This document shows positions 23,078 through 33,800 of a stretch of DNA of 36,882 bases, piece by piece. The position numbers and the translations under genes are program-made. The notes beneath the pieces were generated by a model. The model saw only the letters and a program-made list of their open reading frames with translations, was not told the DNA's origin and did not search any database. The stretch spans positions 1 through 36,882 of the forward strand of contig MU271635.1 in assembly GCA_021432655.1 (NCBI GenBank), read 5' to 3'. Positions within the stretch are counted from its first letter, which is position 1, and every line of letters begins with the position of its first letter. The DNA is from Atractiella rhizophila (lineage: Eukaryota).

Positions 23078-23105
23078 TAAGCTGGTTGTTCTGTTGGTTG
23101 TTACC

Positions 23106-23171
23106 NNNNNNNNNNNNNNNNNNNNNNNNNNNNNNNNNNNNNNNNNNNNNNNNNNNNNNNNNNNNNNNNNN
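23106..23171. other. assembly gap (66 N)
   Basis: Run of N. Confidence 1.
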
Positions 23172-24758
23172 TTATTTACCCCACCTTAGTTTCTGTTTCG
23201 CGCTACGTTCGCAGAACACCCTCTTGTTTAGTTTGTCGAAAGAGGGTTCTGCACCCTCTTATCCGTACTTAACCACGTAAAGCACCTCTGACTTCTTCAA
23301 GACCTCGCTCGAAACCTACTACACCTCTCTCTCCTGGTCTTGCTCTCTCTTCAGCTTAAGCCAGTAGAGCTTGTCTCGGAAGCTAGAAAACACGAAAACT
23401 TCTCCAGGGTCAGCTTCGAGCGGGGGCGATCCGTAATAGAGGAGTTGGAGGAGCGACTAGAGCGGTAAAACCCTCTGCGCTTGCACCGACGTCGGCTCTT
23501 CCTCAACCTCCAATGACAAGTTCTCAACCTTTCTTAATACGGACTCTTACTCTCCAACTTATTCCGCTCCCTACTCCAACTCCTCCTGTAGTGCTCCCAC
23601 CTCCTCCTCTAGCACCTTTCACACTCCTGGAATCGGAACTGCTTCGAGTTTTGGCGTCAGTTATAATAACCTCTACCTGCACAGTAAGGCAAGTTGGTTC
23701 CTCCACGGTTCCTCCTTCGCTAAGCAGCGGAATAGTACCTACTGCCGAAAGTGTAAGGGTGGGTGGAGGGACTTATAGGGCCATAGGATCCTTAAACCGT
23801 TACCCGACGACTCCAGTCCCTGAGCGAACAATACAGCAACCTTCCCCTCCAGTCCAACCACCTTCTTCATTGCTCCGTTCTTTGCTGACGACCTCAGGCG
23901 CTCTAGTACTACCTGGATCCGTTGTTCATAGAAGGTCTCCGGCTTTTCCTTTCTTACTAGCACAAAAGTCTGGCCTCCAGTACAAGTTGTTCTCCTCCTT
24001 CCCTAACCTGTCCGCAAAGGTCCAAGAACGACCTCCGCAACCTGAGCCACGCTGAGTCTTAGTAAGATAACTCCAAAGACACGAGCTGAAGAAGCTGGAG
24101 CTGTCTAACAAGTTCCAATAAGTTCCTGTCTTCCGGCAGGTTTTCCAGCTTCTTCGACTACGACCTTGAGAGTCACATCAGTCGGAACCGCAACCTCGGA
24201 AGTGATACAAACCAAGCTCCCGTTAACCGCATTCCCCTAAACACCTTCCACACAGAGCGAAACGGCTCTATAATCCTTCGTTCGTGCGGTCCTTCACCCG
24301 ACCCGGTCAACAACCACAAGAGTCATGCAGTAGTATGGTAACTGAACTTACTAAGGTTGATTGCTAGAATACTATCGAGAGCCGAACCGGCAGATGCACT
24401 AATAACTGGACGGAGCACGGTAGGGAGCTTTGTAACCTTTCTTTGAAGTCCGAAGAATGGAAGGGCGAAGCAGGAGAAGAGTGGAAGAGCGTAGTAGGTG
24501 TTTGCTCCTCAGAAAGCGCTCGCGAGTGAGCCTAGCTCACAGCTTTCTTTGAGCTTTTCAAGAGGCGTACCGACCGACCCTAGAGTCCCTCTTCAAGTCC
24601 TCACGCAACCTCTTCTCACTCCTTCTCTTCTTTCTTGAGCTCCGCAGCTTCTTATTCCGACTTGTACGCGACCGAACCGAGCTGTCAAGAACCCAGTCCA
24701 TCCCTGGCTGCTCTTCTTCCATTGGCTGCACTTAAACTGGGGGTTTTGACAAGAGACT
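23172..24758. CDS. FZO1: 3' half of mitofusin FZO1, readable only as the complement left to right
   Basis: NKWGGIKDKARCKRLVGEQIKQLSPKTW..ELVHFV; FGHLEQSLRSFVLLKRSQSKLAPARHYL; PEYPGILGIWQWA; hydrophobic segments; an intron near 24324-24376; RVSKETRKVLR; small indels near 23950 and 24685 make the stop uncertain (about 24702 or 24758). Confidence 0.93.
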
Positions 24759-25175
24759 AGGCAGAAGGGAACAAACCACTGAAGTACTACTATCTTAACT
24801 AGATCAAAGCGTGAACTAAAGCTAGTTAATACGTGGACGAGTGAGTTCCCAGCGGTATCAAACAAGAAAAACTATATATAGCGGTTATAACAACTATCCT
24901 TTATAAGACGAAATAATGATACTTCGCAAGGGACGAGTCCAGCCGCGTGGTGATTCTTCCTAAACAATATGCATTCGTCATTGGACCGTATTGGTTTTCG
25001 ACTTTACCTTCGTAGGTTTTCTGGGTATGATACGACTCATGGTACGGAATGGTTAAGACCGCTGAAAAAAAGTACCCGACGAGTTAGGCCATGATCGAGT
25101 CTGAGCGTCTCCGTAAACGTTAGACTTTTACTCTCGTATTTTCGAACGTACCAAAAATCGTACCTCTCATGTAGT

Positions 25176-25218
25176 AGTAAGGGTAGGGCAGCTTCAGCCG
25201 ACTCGTCCGCACCGCAGG
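25176..25218. CDS. RPS0: terminal exon of RPS0, readable only backwards on the + strand
   Basis: Backward read gctaaatctgctcag|G GAC GCC ACG CCT GCT CAG CCG ACT TCG ACG GGA TGG GAA TGA = (W)DATPAQPTSTGWE*, a typical uS2 Trp-containing tail behind a branch site and acceptor. Confidence 0.8.
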
Positions 25219-25265
25219 GACTCGTCTAAATCGATATCTAAGAGAACTTCCGTATCTATTTGGAT

Positions 25266-26508
25266 CACGACGACGAAAACGTAGGCCTTCTCCCTCGAAG
25301 CATTGAGGAGGAATTCCTTTGCAGACAGCGTGAAGTGATTCTCGGCCGACACGACGAAGACGATGACGTCGATTTCGGATTGGCGTGCAAATACAGCAGT
25401 CGTAGAGAGCGTATCGCGGTTAAGGCCTGGCGCATCGATGAGAGAGATGTTAACGAGGCCGTTGTTAATGAACGTCTGCTGAGGGGTTCCGGCATTAATA
25501 TGTTCCTCTTCCAGCTCGTTGATGTAGACCTTAATGATCTGGTACGGGGACTTTGGCTTTTCCTCGAACTCATCATCGATGTCGTCTGCGTCCACGGTCT
25601 CTTCGATCTGTACCAACTTGTCCAGTTGCTCCAGACTGAATCTCTCGAAACTGGCTGGTTCCTTCGGGTCGTACCTTTCAAGCTCTCCGATACGAATAGC
25701 ATGCACTTCCTCGAGACCGCCATTGAACTTGGCAGCGTCGACAACCTCGCAGAAGACTTCGGTGCAAGGTTGCTGATCGGTCGGCATGAGTTCCCTCCTC
25801 AACAGAGCGTTGACCAGGGTAGATTTTCCGGCATTTAGGTCACCAGTCACGAGAACACGGGAGCTGTTGTCTAAGACCCTATTCTTGAGCACGGAGAGAT
25901 GAGCAAGAGAGGAAGTGAGCCGCCTGGAGAGGAGTTGAGATAGCGTGGAAAGCGACAGCGACGGAAGGAGGGCCGGGAGCGTCGCACCAGAGGTTGTGGT
26001 AGGAAGGGACGTTTTCAAGTCGAGGGAGAGGATAGAAAGGGGATGGGTAGGGGTTGACTTGGAAGGAGCGGGAGGAGACGAAAGACCATTGACGACGTCG
26101 ATGGAGAGAGCACGCTGAGGCTCAGGTCGTGAGGGCTCTTCCGAGGGGGATCCGGTGAACAGCGACGCAGACCTCTTGAAGGGAGCGGACGAGGACTTGC
26201 TGAGACCTAACTGGTGTGGGTAGCGGATGCTCCAATGCTCGGAGTTGAAGTTTTGAAGCGAAGAGAGGAGGTTTGAAGCGGAGTCGATGGATCCGACGAG
26301 GCTATCAATCGACAATTTTGAAAGGTGGTGAACCAGCGTTGCAACAAAGAATGAAGACTCACACTGCGCGGTTCTGAGCAAACACCTCGGGATGCTCTGG
26401 GTTAGAGGCGACTCCGTCAGAAACGGGGGAGGGAAGGGTTGATGGGAGGTCGGAGGTAAGGGACGAGATTGAGTCCCTCGACAGGGACCTCTTTTCTGCC
26501 AGCGACAT
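25266..26508 (-). CDS. FZO1: mitofusin (dynamin-related GTPase), 5' half
   Basis: ATG 26508; intron about 26303-26362; RVLVTGDLNAGKSTLVNALL, PTDQQPCT, LIDAPGLNRD, IDVIVFVVSAENHFTLSAKEFL..EKAYVFVVV. Confidence 0.95.
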
Positions 26509-26754
26509 GGTTTATTATGATGGGATATACGACGTTAAGTGCTGAGTGTCTAAGTGGCAGGATAAGTGGGTAGGGAAGGAGTAGGCGGATAGGTGGATAA
26601 AGAGAAAATAGGGTGGCGAACTCCCTGAGGGGTTAACTCTAGTCAAGGGAAACTAGAAATGAAATTAAAATCTTTGGGGCAGCTGAGCGACCAAGCGCTC
26701 GTTCAAGACAGCTAGAGGGCACTCAACATCGCTGTGTAGCATCTACGAGCACAT

Positions 26755-29700
26755 ATGGAAGACTTCTCAAACGAAAGCGCTTCTCCTGAGGACCTCCCAC
26801 TTCACACACCACCCAGCGACTCGTACTACAACCACTATTGGGACTCCCACAGCGTTCAAATGGACGGATACGGCATAAAACAGAATGGAGCTGTGAAAAA
26901 CGAGGAGGATTGGAATGCTCGCAACATATCTTTCGAAGACATAATAGCTGAGGACGAGTGCGGGTCTGTCTCTTCTGTTTTGGTTCAGAATGCAAGATGG
27001 CTCAAGGAGGTTTAGACCTTCGATGAGCGATATTCCAGTCGACCCTTCCTTACTCCCGCAATCCCTACCCTCTACTTCCTCTGGTCCATTTTCCAGCGTT
27101 TTCAAACACCTCAGTGCTTTCATTCCACCTCAGTTCACCTCGCCAGCCTCTCTCTCCATCAAACCCTCCGACCCGGCCACCGTTCAACCTCAGCACGCCG
27201 CCGCTCCTCTTCAAATGCATCCTGAATTTGTTCAGGCCGGCGCACGAAAAGCTGTTCCACTCGTCTCCAACATCCAAGCCTTTTCCACCCCAGCACGAAC
27301 ATCCTTACCGCATCCCGCCAGTGCGTTTGCTCATTCTTGGTCTACCAGACGAAGGAGCACAGAACCGAGTGGAGACGCAAATGAAGATCACGCTGGCCCT
27401 GGTCCAAGACAAAGATCCTGACGCCATTCCTGTGGAACGATGCAAGAATGCGATGGTTGGCTCACGGAGGAGGCGAGCGAGCAATACATGCGGGTGGGAA
27501 GCTACAGTCACATCAAGCTACCAGGTTTCTCTGCCCTAAAGAAGAGGAACCCAAAGCATATCAAGCAAGGCATTCCCGAAGAGGAGACCCTTTTTGTGGA
27601 TGTTGAAGTCGTCGCTTGCACCACCGGAGACGTCGTCAGCTGTTGCTCCTCCTGTATTGAGAGGGAACGAAAGCGCTCACAGCGGAAGATCGAGAACCGT
27701 GTGCGACCTGCTTTGGAGGTACCCCCAGACAGGGAGGAATTGGAGGATGATTTTGAGGCCAAGAAGATTGTCGTCTTTAATTGTGGGCAGATGATCAGCT
27801 TCGAGAATGGAGAGGCGACCCTCCCAATGCGGATAACTTGCTACTGCCGACATCATTTCAAGGAGAAGAAAGGATTCGTGTTTGTCTCCCTTCCTCTCAT
27901 TTGCAAGCTTTAAACTCACAAACTTGCAGCGTCTGCTTCCGACTACGCAATCACGTTGGACAAATAGTCGCTGAATCCATGACACCTCCAATCATGATAA
28001 CCGACAATCACAAGGCGAAACCAGCTTCTGCTGCCGCTAACCTGGACAATTTTGGCTCTACCTCGACATCGTACGACACATCCATGTCGCTAAAGGCTCC
28101 ACGACGTGCACGAAAAGGGAAGGAGCTCCCGGCACGTAGTTCAAGAGGCAAATTACGAGCAGACGAAGACGATAGCGAAGAGGAGGCATGGGTACGGAAG
28201 GAACACGAGAAGAAGCCATACGAAAGACCCTTACATGCCAAGAACAACGGTAGAAAAGCGTCCAAGCTTACCATGACGCCGCTCAATCTTTCAAAACCGC
28301 CCTCTCCTCAACTCCATCCTCTTTCCTCGGGGATGGCTACTCCACCAGACTTCTTCAACCTTCATGGCCCATTCTTCAGCATCTCATGAGCCTGTCTTTG
28401 CAAATGCATTCGCCTCCTACGGTTCCCAGACCTCTAGCTCCGTTCCTTCCCCTGTTGCGCTACGGAACAACACTCCGCTCCCTTCTCGTGGATCTCAGGG
28501 TCATCCAGCTCTGGCGGCAGATTCACCTGAAGCGAGTATTGACAGCGCTTTCTCTTCAATGTTTGGAGGTGGACCAGCGGGAACGAGCGCGACGTCAACA
28601 ATGAATGATGCCCTGGACGGCAAGCCGGTGCTCAGCAGGGTCATCCCAAGCTCGGGACCTACGTATGGTGGAATAGAAGTGACTATCGTACGTTAATCAT
28701 TCTTGCAAACGAAAAGCCACTCATTTCATTCATAGCTTGGGGAAAACTTCGGAGACCGCATTATGGGACAGACTTTACAAGTTATGTTTGGCGACACACC
28801 CGCTACAACTATGTGGTACTCGTCGACAACCCTTCTGTGCACCTTACCTCCATGTTCGACTCCTGGACCTGTTCTTGTCAGTCTGAAGGATATGCCGATT
28901 ACTCTTGAGCAAGGAAATGTCCTCCCTCTCTTCACATATACAGACACCACTGACAAGCAGCTCCTCGAGCTTGCACTTCAAGTCGTCGGATTACAACTAA
29001 GTAAGCTGCGGCCTATTGTAGATGTCCACTCTGACAGTTTGGGGCAGTGGGACGAGTTGAACCGCCAGCTAACATTGCACGTCGCCTTCTTCAAAGCGGA
29101 CAAGGGTCGCTTAACCAACAAAGCTTCGTGGGTCAGCGAGACGGTTTCGGCTTTGAATCCATGGTTCTGCGTTTCTTGTCCCTCTTGGAGACGGAGACCG
29201 ATCTTGGGGAAAACGACGCAATCTCTCACGTGACTCGCCAGGGTCACACGCTCCTACACCTTGCTGCATGTTTAGGATTCAGCAGACTTACTGAGTTTTT
29301 GATTAAGAAGGATGTGGATATCGATGCTCGTGATTTGAACGGGTATACATGCCTGCATTTTGCGTCCGTCGCTTCACATCATCAGTTCTTGAGGCCGTAA
29401 CTGATAATGACTTGCAGGGCCTTATTCAGCCGCCAGAAAATCACGCGCTTGTTGTTACAAGCAGGAGCTAGTCGGTTCATTCGCACAAACGATGGGAGGA
29501 CTGCGCTCAGGATCGCTAAGGCAAATGGGCAAGATGATATCGTTGCCCTGTACTCAAAGTATCGTGGAGGGGCTATGACTCCACCGCATCTGAGAAGGTC
29601 GGGATCACTGGCATCGCTCACCTCGATCAGAGCAGAAGCGACGGAAGCATCTTCTGAAGGAGATCAACCTGATTCCTCAGAGACATCAGATTTGGAGAGA

Positions 29701-30434
29701 CGGTGTGTCTGAGTCGACTATTGGTCCCTTCGCTGACTGTACATCAGGTTATCGAGACCAGCTACTCGTCCCGTTTCCCCTCAAATTTCTCGAGCACAAC
29801 TCAAGATGGAGGAGAAGGAAAATCTGCCACCAACAGATTCCAGAGCACTGTGGACCAAAGCCGGACAACCCGTCAGCCTTGCAGAAATCGCTGCTACCTT
29901 CTCCCACTGGCTCCCGACGTTCAATCATATGGAGCAGCCGCAAAGTGAAACTTTGGAAAAGGAAAGCCAGGTTGGCTCGAAACCTCCATGGAGCGGATGG
30001 GGAGTGCTTCAACAGTCATACATGGCCATGCCTGCCTTGACTCCAAACCTCGAACTGAGCAAACTCCCCTGGTTCATCCCCAGGCCTCCAGCTGTCAAAA
30101 TCTCCCGCACTCCATCGCCGCCGCCTCTTGACGTCGCATCTCCACCTGAGTCGGAGGAACACATGCTCCGCCTGAAATTAGCGAAACGTTTGGGTGAGTT
30201 TTTACCACTTCCGGTAGTGGCCACAGAGGTGACTAGTTAATAGGTTTCTTTCCTGCTCATCTGTCGGAAACAACCATCCAGAGCTACACGCGACACTCGA
30301 AAAAGTACATTTCTCTTAAAGCCGACAAAATGCTCTTTCTTTTTTGGCTCCCCATTTTGCTAATATTTGCGGGCTACCTGTCGTACCAGTTCCTTTCGAA
30401 TCCTGAGAGACGATTGTTGCCCGTTTCTTTCTAA
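26755..30434 (+). CDS. MGA2: Mga2/Spt23-like membrane-tethered transcription factor (IPT, ankyrin, C-terminal TM)
   Basis: RVETQMKITL, CSSCIERERKR, LPMRITCYCRHH..EKKGF, IPT VIPSSGPTYGGIEVTI, FTYTDTTDKQLLELALQVVG, ankyrin GHTLLHLAA, DKMLFLFWLPILL; compensating frameshifts near 27310 and 27435. Confidence 0.92.
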
Positions 30435-30826
30435 GGGTTCGTTCTACCTTTGTGACCTTAGAGTGCCATTTCATTTTGTTTCGTCTCCACATATGTAGCA
30501 GTTTTGGATATTAGTTGTGCCTCAGAAGCGTTCAAGTGTGTCAAGCTGAATAAAAACCAAGTGAAACCCGCAGTACCCATCATTGTAACCATTGGAAGAA
30601 ATCTGTGAAGGATGGGAGGAAGACAACAGTGGAACTGATGCCCTCACCGCCATACCTGATGTGGTATGCAGACGTACTTGAAACAACTTCATCGCCAATA
30701 AACACCTACTGAACAATATACAACATTCCAAAATGAAATAGATATTTTAGCTTAACATAACATAAACTGTACCTTGACATATTAGGATCTAGGATAAGAG
30801 TAGGATGTTAAGCGATAATGGGCTTT

Positions 30827-33800
30827 TCAATATGAACCAGAAGAAATGGGCTTCACCCTTCCCCGTCCCGCACCACCTCTTCGACCTCTTCCTCGACCCC
30901 TTCCAGTGCCGCGCTGTGCAGCCTGGACTCGTTTGCTCTCTTCTTCAAACCATTTCTCAAAACTCTCTTGCTCTTCTCTTCTCCTTCTCTCCTCGTCTTC
31001 TTCAGCTTGAATATCTTTCAAGCTTCGAGTATTTTTCACCTTCTGCTTAATTGCATCGCCTTCGACTTGTTGCTGAGCTTGTATACCAGCAAAGGAGGAA
31101 ATGGATGGAGACGTCGCCTCCAGAAAAAAGTCATTAACGTTAGAGTTGGTAGAAGTATAGTTGTTCCACGGCGTGCTTTGATCTGCTCGATTGTTGGGTC
31201 GGGAAGACGTGGAGCTGACTGACCTTAGGGGAGAGATAACAGGAGCACCAACAGCCGATGCGGGATTGCTTCCTCGTCTGTCTAACTGGGCAGGCGGAGC
31301 GGAAGATCTATTGAAAGAAGCATGAGAAACCTTCGATTGCATAGGACTGCTAGCTTTGCCCTGCTCTGCTTGGATGTCCACGAGGGAAACCTTCGAGGAG
31401 GCAGTTTGTGCGCGCCAGTTAAGACTCGATGCCGCTTTTCCTGGTGATCTTAAAGGGCGCGGAGGGGTAAGTACCTGACTGGAAACTGCAGGTACCGCAG
31501 TCGGAGGGGTGGATGAAGGTTGAGGGTATGGAGATTGATGACCTAAAGTGCGTTGCGTATTGGCCGAGGTTTCCACCATGATGTCCCGTAAACTGGCAGG
31601 TCTAGATAAATCATCAGCTAATAACGAACGAGCAAGGGAGGACTACGCGCCGATTCTGTTGAGAAGCTAATCTCCAAACCTGTCCTGTTGTTGTAACGGT
31701 TGGTGGAGTGGAGAAATTCCCCTGCATTGGAAGGTCTGCGGATACCAACAATTGCGCTGACGAGCCTGTTGGCGTTACAGGCAATTGGGCGGGTAACGCG
31801 TCTGATGGAGTGCCAACCGACATCACAGCAGATGGCAGTGTTGGGACCTCCTCGTCCATGTCCATGAGAAACTGTTCTTCACCTTCGTGAATTGCAGGTA
31901 TGGGGCTGCGGTCGGGCGATGAATACGGATTGAAGGGTGGAGAGAGGTGTCTCAATGGGCAAGGATTCGAATACAGAAGGTGAGATGTAGGATGAACTGC
32001 CGTATTGTGGAATAGAAAGACCATCTTCGCGAGCAGCAGCATCCACACAAAGTTTGAGGCAGTTTCCTGCTTCTAGACACCGGACTGAAGTCGAATTGGA
32101 GCTGGCGCGCATGTACAGCGAGATCGTTCATTAAAAAATCGTCTGCATCGTCCAGTAATCGCATCTCCATTGCCGTTTCGAGATTCCGGCAAAGGAATGA
32201 CATGATGACCTGTTTTAGTGAATGCAAGTGATAGAAATCTGCATCCGCGAGGATGGAGATGCAATTGTTAAGACTGATGATAGGACGCAGGACCGCACCG
32301 CAGATTGATTTCAAGCGGTCTAGTAAAAATTCGTTTGCGACCGAAAGCATTTCGGTCATGAAATCAATAAACTGATTCGTTTTCTCTCTCTCTGCGCCGG
32401 ATTATGAATATATGACATGACAATGAATGGGCACCGACCTATATCATCGAAGATCTGCTCCCCTTCTCCAACATAGATGTGACGCAATATCAAGTTCGCT
32501 AGTTCCATCGAAACGTGACCGACGTCGATCAAAATTTTGTCCTTCCGTCCTTCTCTTCTAGCTTTTGTCCAAACCTCGTCCCCCAGCAGAAGTGCGAAGA
32601 AGCCACACCGGGCTTTCATAACCTCTTCATGAACATCGATGTCACCATCTTTAAGCTTGAGCCACAGTCGGCTGGAGCAATAGTCCGGTCTCGGAACAAG
32701 CAATTAAAGTTCGAGGAAATTGTTCTTTGGATTGTTCGCAGATATGGAGCAGNNNNNNNNNNNNNNNNNNNNNNNNNGCGGGATTGCTTCCTCGTCTGTC
32801 TAACTGGGCAGGCGGAGCGGAAGATCTATTGAAAGAAGCATGAGAAACCTTCGATTGCATAGCACTGCTAGCTTTGCCCTGCTCTGCTTGGATGTCCACG
32901 AGGGAAACCTTCGAGGAGGCAGTTTGTGCGCGCCAGTTAAGACTCGATGCCGCTTTTCCCTGGTGATCTTAAAGGGCGCGAAGGGTAAGTACCTGACTGG
33001 AAACTGCAGGTACCGCAGTCGGAGGGGTGGATGAAGGTTGAGGGTATGGAGACTGATGACCTAAAGTGCGTTTGCGTATTGGCCGAGGTTCCCACCATGA
33101 TGTCCCGTAAACTGGCAGGTCTAGATAAATCATCAGCTAATAACGAACGAGCAAGGGAGGACTACGCGCCGATTCTGTTGAGAAGCTAATCTCCAAACCT
33201 GTCCTGTCGTTGTAACGGTTGGTGGAGTGGAGAAATTCCCCTGCATCGGAAGGTCTGCGGATACCAACAATTGCGCTGACGAGCCTGTTGGCGTTACAGG
33301 CAATTGGGCGGGTAACGCGTCTGATGGAGTGCCAACCGACATCACAGCAGATGGCAGTGTTGGGACCTCCTCGTCCATGTCCATGAGAAACTGTTCTTCA
33401 CCTTCGTGAATTGCAGGTATGGGGCTGCGGTCGGGCGATGAATACGGATTGAAGGGTGGAGAGGGTGTCCCAATGGGTAAGGATTCGAATACAGAAGGTG
33501 AGATGTAGGATGAACTGCCGTATTGTGGAATAGAAAGACCATCTTCGCGAGCAGCAGCATCCACACAAGTTTGAGGCGGTTTCCTGCTTCTAGACACCGG
33601 ACTGAAGTCGAATTGGAGCTGGCGTGCATGTACAGCGAGATCGTTCATTAAAAAATCGTCTGCATCGTCCAGTAATCGCATCTCCATTGCCGTTTCGAGG
33701 TTCCGGCAAAGGAATGACATGATGACCTGTTTTAGTGAATGCAAGTGATAGAAATCTGCATCCGCGAGGATGGAGATGCAATTGTTAAGACTGATGATAG

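Larger units (their letters stand above)
23172..25265. other. mirror segment (2094 bp): reversed but not complemented
   Basis: Its complement read left to right continues Fzo1 exactly at the codon boundary; reading the + strand backwards from 25265 gives the RPS0 last intron end and exon. Confidence 0.97.

Noticed and set aside
23513..24055. 180-aa Pro/Ser/Leu-rich ORF
   Set aside because: Shadow of the mirrored FZO1 coding sequence.
23172..25265. RIP (CpA to TpA) mutated region
   Set aside because: The TA excess is fully explained by mirror reversal of normal coding DNA.
25194..26381. Truncated GTPase-only mitofusin or FZO1 pseudogene
   Set aside because: The missing half is present in the mirror segment and joins exactly at the codon boundary.
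26520..26720. Possible third mirrored block in the FZO1-MGA2 intergenic region
   Set aside because: Only a modest TA-over-AT excess in 200 bp of non-coding DNA, with no coding anchor; undecidable.
31614..32703. Second BTB paralogue
   Set aside because: Part of the gap-flanking duplication; most likely an assembly artefact.
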